Shown here in pieces: positions 12,201 through 27,200 of a DNA stretch of 64,000 bases. Position 1 is the stretch's first letter, and each line of letters starts with the position of its first letter. The notes under the pieces are model-generated. The model did not search any database. It was given only the letters and a program-made list of their open reading frames with translations, and had not been told where the DNA came from. The DNA is from an uncultured Gammaproteobacteria bacterium (GTDB lineage Bacteria; Patescibacteriota; Microgenomatia; UBA10105; UBA927): assembly GCA_964361785.1 (NCBI GenBank), contig CAYIBX010000002.1, forward strand, positions 21,160-85,159. The letters run 5' to 3'. The position numbers and the translations under genes are program-made.

Positions 12201-15200
12201 AGTCTTTATGAGCTTTTAGGAACTGTATTTGAAAATCAAGTTATATATTTTGGGCTAGATGTATCTGGGGCATTGATACTAACTACAGTCCAGTCTGACT
12301 TACAGACGCAGTATGGCCACACCAACTGGAGAGATGATGGCACAATAGCGTCACTATTTTTCACTATAGATCGTTTTGGGATAAAGGATTCACAGGGATT
12401 TGATATTCCCACAAATTCTGAATTAGAAATTGTGCAAGATCAAATACAATTTCAGATAAATAACCAAAAAACGGTGTTTGCAAGAAATAGTGATAGCTCA
12501 TATTCTGTCTACAAAGAAAAGGTGAGCGTGCCAGCAACAGACGAGTTTGCTCGTAAAAAAAAGGAATCTCTTGATAGACTCAATGCACTTATCGAAAATG
12601 AATTAGACTATCGAGGGATCCCAGAATCCACGAGGCGTGAGGCTGACAAATATACAGATGCACTTATTGATCAACTCAAACAATTTGTGCAATACGGTCC
12701 AAATTGGAAACAGGAGCTCGCAAAACAATATCCGAGAACATTGGAGCTATTGGGAGCATTACGTTTGCGAAATGTCACGTGGATCGATCAGCCTGTATTA
12801 ACCAATGCTATTTTAGATCACGAAGCGATTCGTCCAGTGGTTGTTGGTGGATTGGCACGGCTGTTTAACGCAGTAGATCAGATACCAAGTGGCACGAAAG
12901 AAATAGCTGATCGATATAACCAACAAGTCATAGCGTTGGATAATACATACAACGTACAAGGATTAAGCGATGTTGAATTGGAGGAATTTGAAGCAGGGTC
13001 CTTACAAACTGTAGCAGAATTTGCGCCCGGTGCTGATGGAGTATTTCTTAGAAAATTTGAGCGAGCGTTGTTGGGAGTAAGCGAACAACCAAGTAAAGAG
13101 TGGATTGCACGGTTAAACCTTCATGAGAACATTCATAAAGGACAAGCAATAGGGCCAAGAGGGCAGCAATATAAAGAATTAGGGGCAATTTATGTAGAGT
13201 GGAAGTTGACCGGAAGCCACACATCTTATGGCGATTTGCGTTGGGAAAATAAACTTCAACGGCTCGATGCATTATTTGGCGAAGGAGTAATATGGCGGTT
13301 TGCCAGAACTGGAGATCCATCCGAATTGGTAAAAATTATATCGGAAAAACGATGGGGCACTCTTGCATCAGTTTTAAAGCAAGAAGGATTTTTAACTGAT
13401 AGAGAAATTGATCAACTTTATTATGGCGAAGCAGATCAAGCAGCAGCATCAGTACAACCGCGCGTGCCGATTGACCAAACGCAGCCAATTGTAGAACCTG
13501 TAGTGCCGCAACCAGCACCTGTATCAAGATATAACTATATAGAAGGGGCTACGAATATATCTCTTCAATTACCGGCTAATGGTCAGATTGGTGAGGGCGT
13601 AGAAGTGTTTGTGACCTATTCAATAGGAGGAAGTGAGCTTACAGAAATTGCAACAGTAATAAATAATGAGGGAGTTGAAGGTGTTCCAACAAGTTGGATA
13701 GTGAAGTTACAAAGTGAAGAAAAGTTTCTGAAAGTTTTAGCAGAAAATGTTGTGTTCCCTGCGACAGTAGCAGAGGTTTCATTAAAGAGTGTATATACAC
13801 AAGCGCGATCATTAGCTTCGTTTCTCGCATTTGCAGATGCTGATCCGTATCTGAATTCAACGCCTTTTGATCTTGTTGAGCAAGATGGATCTACACGAGT
13901 AGTTACGGCTTCACAGGCGTTACAGTTGTATGCGGAATATGAATTAGATGCGTCCACTGATCGTCAAAAGGAGCGGCCGATAAATTTGACAGAGTCAATA
14001 AGAACGATATTAAATCTTTATGACGGACGCGTAACGAATTGGTTTGGTACGCTCATGAGTCACGAGAGAAAACTTCAAAAAAGAGATGCTGAATCAGCAG
14101 AACAAAAACAAGAAATTCTGTCAGATCATCATTTTGCTATTACCAGATTCAGTGGTGATTCAGAACCATTACATGCGCTGATTGATACAGGAGATTATAG
14201 ACTTCTAGATACAAATTTTTCTGGTTGGATGTATGCAAAACAAAATACAGGATTACCGCAGGTAATTACAGAGTATGAAGATAAAACCTTTGATTATACG
14301 CATGACTTAGTATATAAGCTGCATGTTGCCTTAGACGAACGTGATTTCTCCACTGCTCTCCCTGAAATTACTCAATTCCTTCGGTCACAAAATTTCCAAC
14401 ATAAAGTAATGGCGAATAAAAGTGTTATTGATAAGGAAGGAAAGTCTATCACTATTATATTTTCTTCTGCGCAAGAGGCAAAATTGATCATAGAGTATTT
14501 CAAGAATTTGGCAAAAAGAAATGTTCAAGGTATTACACCAGTGTATGCAAAAGATAAAGGTATGATGTTGCAGTATGAATTACCGATTCCAGAAACGAAT
14601 AATCTTTTATACTATACGATCGAATCGGTGGCTGGAACATACTTAGGGTCTGGGCTTACTGAAGGGGTCATCGTTGATGGTCAAACATATAAAGGAGGAT
14701 ATACAGATCGGTTGATACTCATGCAGCGTTTTTGGGGGCATGGTCCGATAGATGATTTATGGCCACAGGATCCCTTCATTGATAGACAAGAGCCGGTATT
14801 AGTCGAGGTTAAGAAGCCTAGAATAGCAATTGATCAACCGCAAGGTCAGTCACAAGATGTCAAAGATCAAATTATTGAAATTAATTCGATTTTGATAAAA
14901 ATATTGGCGGCAGTTTCAGAAGTTGAACTTTCACATCTTCATGATTCAATGTCTCAGTCAAACGTTGAATTATTACTGTCACTATTTAAAGACTCGTTTG
15001 GTAAAGCAAATATCGAAGTATTCCCTGAAGCAACTTCACTGTATGGGTTATTGCAAGCGCTTAAATCTGACACGTTTCAAAAGGATGTCAGTGCAATTAC
15101 AGATCCAGTAGTGGCAACGAAATTAATTATAGAATTGAACGTTGTACTTTCGGGATTAGATAAGGTGAATGCACAAATAGCAAAAGAGCAAGGATCAATT

Positions 15201-18200
15201 CCATCACGAGTTACACAATTGGTAGATAAAGGGATAGAAGCTCTCCAGCAGCCACTTGAGAATAATGCACAAGTAATTGCATTGTTGCAGCAAGTATTAG
15301 ATGAGTTTAAAAAGTCTGGCGGAGTTGTTCCCGTTCAACCAATAAAGACGGTTGATCAGGCAGTGACTGCGTTATCTGATCCTGTAACATATGCAGGAAT
15401 GACAGGATATGTTGGAGATGTTTCTACATTGATGACAGTTGCAATTTCTGCAATGGAAAAAACTTCTCTACTGAAAAAAGAAGCAGCGCAGTTGAAAAAA
15501 GTAGTGCCACTTTTGGAAGCTGGATTTATGCCAGTCGCGCTGTTACCAGCTCACGCAACGCCTGTTTCTACAAAAACTACAACAGAGACTGCGTCAGACC
15601 AATTTGAACGTATTGCGAGAGAGGGTGAGCTAGAGCGCTTACAACTGCTTACAGATTTGCCATTGTTAGGTTTTCAAAAAGGAATTGGTTGTTCGGATTG
15701 CCAAAAATTCGTAGAGAAAATCACGGCATTATTTAAGCATGTTGAAAAATATTCAAGTGCAAAAAATTATAACCTTGTCTTCCGTATATTGGATATTATT
15801 CAAAAAAATATAGATGCAGAACACGACCTACAGCTTGATCCAGACAATCCGGTCATAAAGAATGAATTTGTCTTTACAGCGCTCAATATGTATGTGGCAG
15901 ACAGACGCGTGCAACTTTTGCGTGCGCAGGATGCTACTGCAAATGCGCAAGCGATAGCATTACAAGAATCATTACAAAAGAGATTTAAAAAGGCCTTATT
16001 TGACCGAATTACAGATGTACTTGATGTAAGTAAGACGCCTGATGCAGAGTATAGTAGGCTTACTCCTGATCGTTTGAAACTTAACGCTTTTCAGGCATAT
16101 ATGGACACAGTGGTGCGCGTTGGAATACCTACAGACATTCTATCGGTAGAACAATTTGTAGACACATCACCACCTGTAACCAAGCACGTGTGGCCAACTA
16201 TAGGTGAGTTTGATGGAAAGCAAATACTCGTGCTGACTGATACAGAAGACAATAACAGGCAGGTTGGCTTTCTTGCATTTTCAAGGGTGGGTGAAGACAT
16301 AGTGATCTCACATCTTTTTGTAGACATCGGGTATCGAATGGGAGCAACAAGCAGACTGCTTCAGATGGTACGCGCACTGAACGAAGATGCCAAAAGTATC
16401 CAGTTTGATCCACAAACATTTAGTGCGATAGGGGTAGAAGTAGGGAAAAATGGGGATGAAGATACAAAAGCGCTTATAAAACAGTTGGATGAGTTTGGAA
16501 TACAAAATACGCCAGTGGAGTCTTTGGATGCGCCTCTTATTGCTCCTGTGGTAGCCCAAGCTGCCATAGAAGAACTTCAGGTGGCGATTATGGATGGGAA
16601 ACTGGATCAGAAAGATCTTGATGCGCTTGGTGGGTTGGCGATAGAAGTCTGGAGTGAAGGGCTGAAGACAATAACAGATTATGTCAAAATCATAGTGGAA
16701 AAGCCATTTGTCTACACGGATCCAGATGGTGAAATTACATCGCTTCTTGCAGCCAAAAATGCGCCGAAGAAATCAAGCATGGACATTCAGGCGGATGCGG
16801 TTCGTGCCGCGTATCTGACCGAAGACGCAAAAGATCTCACGGCTTTCGGGACTCTAAAGAAATTATTTTCTATGGATACTGTATTTGCATCATGGGTAAG
16901 AGCGATAGAAGGGGGAGACACCTTTGCTCCAACGAGAACCCAAAAGGAACTTACAAATTTTGCATCGACACTTGTGGATATGTGGTTGGTTGAAGGCCGT
17001 AAGACTATTACGGATCTTAACGCGATAGATACACAAGCCCAAAAGGCTGCCAAGATCATAGTAAAAGACTTACGCGCTCTTATAGATCCAAAGGGCGATC
17101 TACCGATGAGTGAGACAAAATTGTTAGAGGTTCTTTCTACGCTGACTGGAAAGACTACTTTTGATACTCTTGAACAATTTGTTACCTACTTACTTATTGG
17201 AGATGAAAATTTGAAGGCAGATCTTGATTTGCGGTTATCAACTGCAGCTCAAATAGCAAGTAATGTGAGAAGTTCTTTGACTACGGGAATAATTGCTCAA
17301 ATGTTACCTACGATTTATAAGGTGCAACAAGATATACAGGCTGTACCTGTGGGAGCGACTGAAGCTGATTCAACGACAGCGTTATTGTTACAAACCATCA
17401 CAAACTATAACAAAATTGCACCAAAGAACTTTCGATATGTAGAGGCAGATCGGGTTATTCTCAATTCTATACAAGATCGTATCAATGCATTCGTTTTGTT
17501 TTTGAGAACAAATAACGTGTGGAATGGTGAAGAATCTATACCTGCTCCAGAAAATGTACAAAGTCTAAAAGTTCCTGGATTTTTTCGTTTAGCGTCGTTA
17601 GTGACGAGACCGTCAGTACTACTGCCATCGTTGGAAGAAATGGATAGTAGTCAGTCATTTAACGCAGCTATCAGACAAGCATTTTTTGCAGGAGTAGCGC
17701 CAGTAGTAAATCCAATAATTGAACTTGGAGCCGTACGATCTATGAGTATGTTGCGGAAATTAGACGCAATTGAAAATCTTTTTTTAGCTGCAAATGAAAT
17801 TGTGTCCGACCGACAACTTCGAGTGCTTGCTTTACAAGGCGCATCAGATATAGCGCTTGAGGAGCGAATATTCAATCTTCTCGATACAACATGGCAACTG
17901 ACTCCTGAAGAGTTTACAGATGCAGGGACGGATAGATCCTCGTGGATGACACAAGTAATTGCAGCCGTTCGCCAAACGTACGCCACAGAGCGATTGGCAC
18001 AGATAGAAAAAGAAGATCAGGAATTACAAGCAAAACTTGATACATTTTTTGCAACCTTAGACGTACAAGAACAAAAGCGTTTACAGATAATCGTAGATCA
18101 AGAGGAAAAATTGAGAGCTGCAGAAAAAAGATCTGTTCAGCGAGAGGAACTTCGACAACAAATAGCAGAACGTAGGGCACAAATATCACCACTCGTGCAA

Positions 18201-21200
18201 GGATTACAGTCTCTTGCTGACCGTATGGCTCTATTCCCATCATCAAACACCACTCGCATAGCAACGAGAGCGCTAAAAAGTGTACTCAATACAGCAGGGT
18301 TGTCGGTGACAAAAGAGACTCCATTAGCACTTTTAGAAGAGCTTGGGAAGCTACGTGGATTACCAAAGGATTTGGAAAAATTAGAAAAAATATCAGAGGC
18401 ACTACTCGCGTTTGAACAAGCGTTACAATCGCAGCGGCCTATATATGAGCGTCAGGTGACGAAAAAATTCAATGCTATTGTCGAGAAAGCAATACGAGAT
18501 GAGATTGCCACGCAAGTCGCTCGCAATACGCCACATCTTGCTATAGATAGGCAAATAGAAGAGTCTGAAAAAGAGACAGAGTTGTTGTTGGAGCTGGTTA
18601 GGTTGAGAGCAGAACAAGCGAGACTCGCTGATTTTCAAGGAATACTTGATGTGGAAGCGGAAAAATTAGCAGAGGCCGACAAATTAGTTCTCAATCCTAG
18701 CTTGATAGGGAAGGCTTTGGAGTCACCGAAAGATGATGATAACGTGAAAAGAATTGTTCTCAATGGAAGTGCTTCTCAATTACACTTACAAGTGCTTCGA
18801 AGAATAGGTGGAGGGGCAGAAGGAGTTGTTTATCTCGTGGAAGTGTTATCTGATTCGCAACGAAACGATGTCCCTCAATATATAGCCGCAAAAGTATTGC
18901 TAGATACCAATTCTATGGAGCCAATGTTGGCAGAAATGGTCTATGAAATAGTGGAAGCAAATGAAGATGCAGACTTGTTTGTTGATACAAATCATCACTA
19001 TGTCTATGCAAATTATTCCAATTTAGAAGATGGAGTGGTTCTTATGGAATATATTCCTGGGAAATCCATTTATGATTCACAGTTAAGTATTAAGGATATA
19101 GAAATAGCACTAGCAGAATATGTTCATTATTTATATTTATTATCTCAACAATCTATAGTGAATATGGATCCTAAAATGGAAGCGACGTATTGGGATGAAT
19201 CTGCAAAAATGATTCGAATATTAGATGTGGGTGGGATGCGATATGTTGAATTAACTACCGAAGAATATGCTGAAGTTTATAAAGAAGATAAACCAGATGC
19301 GGTTACGATTGCTAAAAAAATGAACAGCGCAATAATGGCAATCCCGAATATATTTGAAAGCCAATTGTTAGACGAGAGAGGAAATTATAATGGATATTTA
19401 TATGAAAAAGCTAAGTTGCGAAAAGCAATGGTGGATCAATTTATTACAATATTGTCTAATCGAGGTGCAGCGCTTACCAATGAACAAAAACAACAAATTA
19501 AGCAGTTAATAAACTCTGATCAGTTTAAAAATGAAACTAAATTTTATAAATATATATTTCTTAAATCATTTGGATTACTCGAGGAGAAAAATTCACGTTT
19601 TTCACCTGCATGGTATCGAGAGTTTCTTTTTGATATTCGTTCTCAAGCTTTAGATAAGAGTGTTTTGCCTCCATCGCTTCAGTTTACTTATACTGCTCAG
19701 GAGGGTGTCCAATCTCTTGAAAGAATAGATAAATATACCGTAATTAATTTGGATATAGACAAGTCAGATGATAAAAAAAGTTCAGTCTTGCAAACAGAAC
19801 AGATGAAAGCGATTGTGCAATCAGTCATCAAATCCTTTGCTACACGGTTTGGATTGGTTACTGGTCAAGAAAAGATTGTGGATGATGCAGTAAAGATTGT
19901 GAGTCAAGCAGGATTGGCGGCGACATTACCAAGCGTGAAGATGATTACAGATGTGCTGGATGCGAGTACAGAGTGGGAAGCGACACAACCATTAATTGCT
20001 AAACAATTTGATGGGATTACCAACCAAGCCCAACTTCTAGCTATTTACGTTCGTGTTGCATTAGCAGTTGATGTGAGCCATATCAAATTAGTTCCTACTG
20101 TACTAACTCAAACACAATTAGCCATCGAGGCGTTAGAGAAAAATACGAGTCTTCCAAAATTGAAACAAAAATATACGTCCTCTGATGCATTCCTCAAAGA
20201 TCCTCAAGTTACACAAATAATTCAAATCGCACTTTTTAACGCGCTTCTTGGCAAAGATGTTACAGAAAACGAACTCACAAATCTTGCCTTGATTGATACG
20301 AAATTTGGCATAAATAGTAAAGAATTTACCATTCTTATTAACTTTGTTGGGGAGTATGTTTTTAACCTACCCAAGAAGAATGGGGCGACACCACCAGAAG
20401 GAGATGGAGCGCGGGGTGGAGGCGTGAAGACTAGTGGAGAAGGAGGATTGACTGCATTAGAAATTGCTGCGGCAAAATTAGCAGAGAAAAACAAACTTCT
20501 CCTTCAACTTGAAGAAGAAATGATAGCATTTGAAAAATCGAATGTGGCAAAAGACAAAGCGAAGAGGGAAGCTATAACCTCTCTGGTTATCAAGATTCAG
20601 AAAGAGGAGAAGGCTCAGGAAGAACAATTTGCCAATTTTGCAAATGCTGATTTAGCCAATCGTATCGCAGAAACATTAACAGACAAGCGGCTTGCAGAGT
20701 TCCTTACTACACCATTGGGTCAACTCGTTACCCTTGACAGTAAGGCGGTCGATCAGAGCACGTTGACTGTGAATATTCGAGATGTCCATGCGCTTCTTGA
20801 GAACCTTTCTCAACAACAAAATGTCCAAGAAGCACAGCGATTTAAGTTAGCACTCTCTCGAATGGATGAAATGCTTCGTCTCCAAGATGAACGGATAAAA
20901 GAAGAACTTAGGTTTCAAAGGATAGCAGAAGAGAGCGCTGAAAAGACTGCATTTAACAATGGTATTGCTCAAATTTCTCAAGTAGTTCAGGTTCAACAAC
21001 AAAGGGTATTACAAGAGCTATTACGAAAGAACCAACGCACAGAAGAGTTACAAGCAAAAATTTTATCTGTATTAATTATGGCAACGGGAAATGAAAACGC
21101 CATAGCAAAAGCATATCGTGGAGGAGTGGGGATAGACAAATTGAGGCAAGAAATCAAGCGTTTATTGAATGCAAACAAGTTGACCGACAGACTGCTTACC

Positions 21201-24200
21201 CAGTATGAAACCGGCTCTACTCAGGATACGCTTATAGAAGAGATGCTTCTTGTTCTTGATGAACTGTATCAAGAATATCGTGATGTAGTGCTTACGAATC
21301 CGCAGTATCAATCAACGCTTTCGTTTAAAAAACAGGTTAAAAAGAATGTAGAAGAGGTGCTCTCTCTCACCTCAGGTCAGGCAATTCGCATAGCACAACA
21401 AGTGGAAAAAGATGCACAGTCGTTAGACTCAAAGTCCCAAAAGGATGACCTGAGGTCTTTTGCACAGGATTTGACAGTTCGCGCGAGGCTACAGGCTGTC
21501 GCAGCAGAAGTACTTGCAGATGAAAAAGTAGGAAATGCCTATATTGGGAATATTGATGATCTAACTGTTCGTTCACTTATTTTTGATGCCATTATGTCGC
21601 GATTAGGTGAAAATGCGGAAGAAATATTTGCGGACGCAGGGACAACACTTCAGGATATGAGTTTTGAAATCTTCGGTAACCTCGATGCAAAATACAGGGA
21701 AAGTAGAGCTTCCGTGAGAAAACGACAGGATGAGGCATGGAGACTGTCTATTTTTAATGTGCAAAAAACCACAGTGGTTGAGCGAGTTCAAACGCTCATG
21801 GGAGTCACACTTCCAGAAGCAGTAAATCTGGCTCCCATTGACGTTGCCTCGTTTATTTTAAGAATTTCTCGAGATAGAGGCACTATTGGACGATACAGGA
21901 AAAAATTAGAAAAACGATTGATGGTCGATAGTCGCATTCATGAGATGTTAGTTCAGGGAAACGGTATAAGTGAGGCTACTGAAGCGGTGAGAGATTTTAT
22001 ACATGAGACGTATCCTGAGTATCGCGCATTAGGGGTGGTTAATGATACATGGATTGATGACGTGGTAAAAACACTAAGAAAAAATACAGAAAAGGAGCGG
22101 CTTGTCTATTTGAGACAATTAGCAGCTCTTCGAAAAAAAGAGCAAGCGGAAAATGCGACAGCTGCTAAGCAGTCAGCAATAGAACGAACGAAAGAACAGC
22201 GGCTTAATGAGTTTAACGTCATGTTGGAGTCGATACAGAAAATTGGATGGATTGCATTTGAGAAAAACAATTATGAAGCAATTCCTGACATATTACGCAC
22301 CACCCTGTTTAGACCGGATGAGTATGATTCTCTTCGATTTCCAGAATTAGCTGTGTTAGACGATATCATTAGTCGGTTTGTATCGAATGCGATACAAAAT
22401 GGAAACGTTAATAATTTGCAATGGAATATAGCAGAAAATGAATTGTTTAAAAATTCTCTTTTTGTTGATCAATATGTGACAAGTGCTGAGCGAACAGCGG
22501 CTATAGAAATTATGAGATACCTTTTTGCCGTGCATGTACAGACTGAACTCAATGATCTTAAACGAACCTTAATACAAAAAAATCCTGTCAAGCAGTCTGG
22601 TGCAGTATATGCAGTGTTGGATTCCTTAAGGTTCGTCTCTTTTAAGCTCAATAGTATTAAGTCATCCAGAGACGGTTTGGTGTTTAACAGATTTGTTTCA
22701 AAAACTGATGTAGCTGCGATGTTTTTGTCAAAGTCTTTATTTGTAACGTTTGATCCGTATGTTCATCAAGAGGTAGGTAATGAGTCGATGATAGTGTATG
22801 TGGGACGAGAACGTGTGTCGATAAGAACAGATGAAAAACGAGATATTCGTTTACCTAACGGAAACATTGCCATAGTGAGCCTGAAACGCATGTTTTCGAA
22901 ATCGTATGAAGTATCTATTACAACAGGAAATAATACCGTCATGATTCCAATTCACTACGAAAAAGCACTTTCTTCTTATTTACCACAGCAGAAAAAAGCT
23001 CCTTGGGGAGCATATGTTTTTGCGGGCATTATGTTGGCAAGTGTCGTAGTTGGATTTCTAACTTTTGGAGGTTCTGTGCCGTTCACATTAGGTCTTCCGA
23101 TGATTGGTGGATTATTGATGACTGGCATCCTATACACGCCAAATCTATCAGCGTTTATTCATCCCACTGAGTGGTCTCAATTGCCTGATTCCTCAGCATA
23201 TACGACAGAAAAAATGCTCGCAGCAGCACCAGTAGTTCCTGTTACACAATCAAGTGTAGCAAATCAGACTGATCGATTAGCTACCGTTAAGATTCAAACG
23301 CAAGGGGTTGCACGGCCAGCAGGGGGCTCCAGTAGTGTTGTCACGGATACTGCACAAGTTGTATCAACTAACGTTAACGAACAACTAATGAAAAATCGTG
23401 ATCAACAAGTCACACTCATTCGATCATCAGCCCTATCATTTGCTACTACAATACAGTCAATAGCACAGGCGTATGTGGGCATTGAATTATCTGAATCTGA
23501 AGCAGATGACCTAGTGTTAGTTTCGCAGGATATCAATACTCTTTCTTCAGTAGATGCAATTGACGTCATAAAAATAACCGAACGAGTTAATTCGTTCATC
23601 GCAACGCCCCTTGGTCAAAAGACTATTGGTCTCATGCAACACGTAAGTCAAGCAGACTCTGTGCGGGCAAATAATTATTCCAATATGAATACTTCAATTG
23701 AGGCGATGAGTTCTGATATTTCTCAGCATTATTTTGGTGGTACTCAAGGAGTCGTGGAGATGAGTGTAGTGAATTTGGATACAGGCGAAACATTTGGGAC
23801 TCAACAACAAACAAAAGTTCAAATGAAATCTAATCTAAATATAGTACAAGTTTATGTGTTGATATCTTTGCTTGAGCAGCAAGGTCATACAGGTGCCGAA
23901 TTATTGTCATTTACACCAGAGGGAATAGGAGGCCTGACTGTTCAGCAAATTATAGACACGTTGTTAACAGAGCATCAAGATTTAGAAGGTAAGATAGCAG
24001 CAAAGCTGCGGATATATTTAAGTGACCCTTCTAGAGAAGAAGCTGTCACTGCTTCTTTATCAAAGACGGGACTTCTTAACACTGATTTAAAGACAAGTAC
24101 TTCAACTGTATCTGATATTTCTACATTTTGGGCATTTGTAAATACAAATGGATTTCCAGATGATGCAGCTTCAAAAGCTATTGTTCGTGCTCTTACTACT

Positions 24201-27200
24201 ATTAATAAGGAAGATGTGAAATCTCGAGCCTTTTCTTACTATAAACAGGATGGACAAGGGCTAGCACTTCCCCTGATGTATTACTCACGAGCGTTTGATC
24301 CCAATGATGCAGATTCAATGAAGCCGATGTTTAAAAATGGTCCGATAGAGACGCTTAATACAAAGGATCCGTTTGTGATAAATATGTTCTCATCAAATTC
24401 GGACTCATCCACAAATAAAGCGACTGTCAATAATAGCGGTATCGTGCAGCTACCAAATGGTCAAAGATATGTCATAGTAATGTCCTTGACCGGTACGATA
24501 TCAGAGCAATCAAACGGCTTTGGTTTTAACGTTTGGGATTTGGAAGATGAAACGACGCATCTGGCAAATATTGCGCATATGTCTTTTGATGCAGGCATGG
24601 CACAAACATATGCTGACAAGACGCAAACTAGCACTGCATATTTTGACGCTAAGGCTACAATAGGGTGGGGAAAGTTAAATAACGTTGCTGATACGGCAAG
24701 TAGAATTAATGGAACTATAATTGAACCAGGCAAGGCTGTAGATATCGCGGCCCTTGCATGGGGATACGATTCAGGTGGAAATCATCACATTAGTTATCAT
24801 GGTGAAATTGGTAGCGGCATGTGTGCAGATGCTTCTACATTAGGTGATGCCATAGATGGATACGGCAATCCTCAAGTGCGTGTATTGGAAGGGACGGCAC
24901 ATCATGATCCATCGATTCATGTTCCGTTTAACCCAGGGATGTATGGCAATATCGCTAATTATTCGTTTAGCCCTGGAAATTCTTATAATATTGCAAATGA
25001 GACTGATAAGCGGTTAAAAATAGTATACACGAGTAATTATTTTACTCTTGACGAGAGTAATCCTGAAAATGTTACGTTAAATTCATGGTTTGCACAGAAC
25101 GGATATGTTTTAGGAAATAATTCACCCAATGATCCACATAATGGGGATTATCCAAATGCACTAGATGTGCTGGGTGAAGATGCATTTACTGTGACTGCAT
25201 GGGTGCTTGAAGTGGATGAGCAGGGTAATCCGATTGCAAATGCGCCAGCCAATGCGTCATATTTTGCTTCAATAAATAAGGCTTCTACGCTTGTGGATGT
25301 AAACACAATCCAGAGCGTGAAAGATATAAATAATGCAATAGCAAGTCTTGATTTGATCAACCAACAATTACAAAAAAATCCAATAGAGACAGAAGGCACC
25401 ATTGAATCAAAACAACAAGTTGACTTAACCAATAATGAGGTGACGAAATATTCTCCTACAGAGCCGTATGATGCTATCATTCCTCAAATTGCAAACATGA
25501 GTATTGATATACCAGAGTCGTATGTACCTGAAGATATCGCAAATTTAGCAGATCGAGCGAATATATATTCGTCGTCTTCTGTGCAAAGTAAATCAATAAA
25601 GACCCCTAGTTTGAATCCAACACTATTGGCAACTATTGTCTCATCTGGTCCTATATTTATGACCCCGCTGGGAGAGAGGATTATTCAATATAATAACGCG
25701 TATTATAACGCAGATACGGGCGAGTTTATTACTAATAATCCTCAGGATATGTTTGTGCAAGTATCTAATGCAAGCATGTTTAATTTTTCGTTGAAAGCTC
25801 CTACAAAACCAAATACTATTGTGGATGAAAAAGATTTACAAAGTAAAGAGTGGAAGGGGCTCATAAATTCCATTGATGCAGAACTCTATGTGATTGGCGC
25901 AAAGGAGAATAAAGATTTTTCAAGAGAAACCATTATACAGATATTTAAGTCTGGTACGACTGAACAAAAAATAGACGCACTAAACGCAATTCATTTAGCT
26001 CTTGCGATTGTCAACCCATACACACAGGACGATAAGACCATGGTTTACGACAAGTACGGTTCATATCACCTCACTGATTTAATTGGAAAAGGGACTTGTA
26101 TGGAGCAAACTGTATTGGCACAGATATATTTATCGTCACTGCAGATATCTTCTGTTGCAACGGAGACTGTTACGACAGGATTTTCTGCAAATGAAGAAAA
26201 GAAAAGCACGTTTGCTCATGCATTCGTAACAGTGGTCATTGACGGTGTACGATATGCGATTGAGTTTTCAAGTGAAGCATACGTTCGTCCAGCAGATACA
26301 ACATCAAATATAGAATATCTGCGTCAAGCATATCCAAACTACACCATGGCGAGTCGAGAATATGCGCTTCGATCAAATACGAAAGATACAAAAACCGTAT
26401 ATAACGTTGTGACACTGCCACTCGATGTCTATTTGCGAAATATTTACTTGGATAATAAAAAAGACGCAGGAGTAACGGATATTCAACTAAAGATATTTGA
26501 ATACGGTGTCGGGAAGATGTTTGCACCAATTTCAGAAGTGGATACAGTAAAAATAGAGCAGTATAAACAAGCTATATCACAATTTGGTCACACAGAATTT
26601 ATTCGTTTTGTACTAGCTAACGAATGGCTACAAGGTCGTATTTTAAACGATATGAAGAGACAAATGGAGGCATTTCGTTCAGGATTCAGTTTAGCGACTC
26701 TCAAAACGCGAGCAACAACTATCTCTACACGTTTAAGAACGACTTTTTCTCGATCCGTTAGTTCCATAAGAATGCGTTTTACAGGATTATTTGTTCGATT
26801 AACTTCAGCCCAACGGCTTACTGTTTCAGATTCTATAGGAACGCATAATAGAGTAAATCAAGAAGTGGTCACTTACAGTGTGCGCGATCAGAGGAATATC
26901 ACAACACAGATTCAGGGTGAATTTGCTTCGGAGTTGTCCTTTGTGAAACAAGTTGAAAAGGAGCGTGTACAGGTGAAACAAGCAAATATTTCCGTATCAA
27001 GCTCTATAGCGAAAATTATCAATGATTTTTCGACATTATCTCCTGATGTTATTAATTCTGATTTGGAAGCATTATATGCGCGCGCCACAGTCGTGTTTGA
27101 ACGTGTATTATCGGATAAAAAAGGCATAAATTCATTTACCGACGCTCAGATCATAGCTATCGTCAGAGCGCTAATGCATGGTGGAAATATTGCGATAGAA

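Noticed and set aside
14200-19560. Class III/IV lanthipeptide biosynthetic cluster
   Set aside because: No cyclase domain, precursor peptide or transporter is visible, and the lyase and kinase are far apart.
23700-25050. Antibiotic resistance genes (beta-lactamase, vanW)
   Set aside because: SxxK and KTG are absent, and VanW-like domains occur widely outside van clusters.
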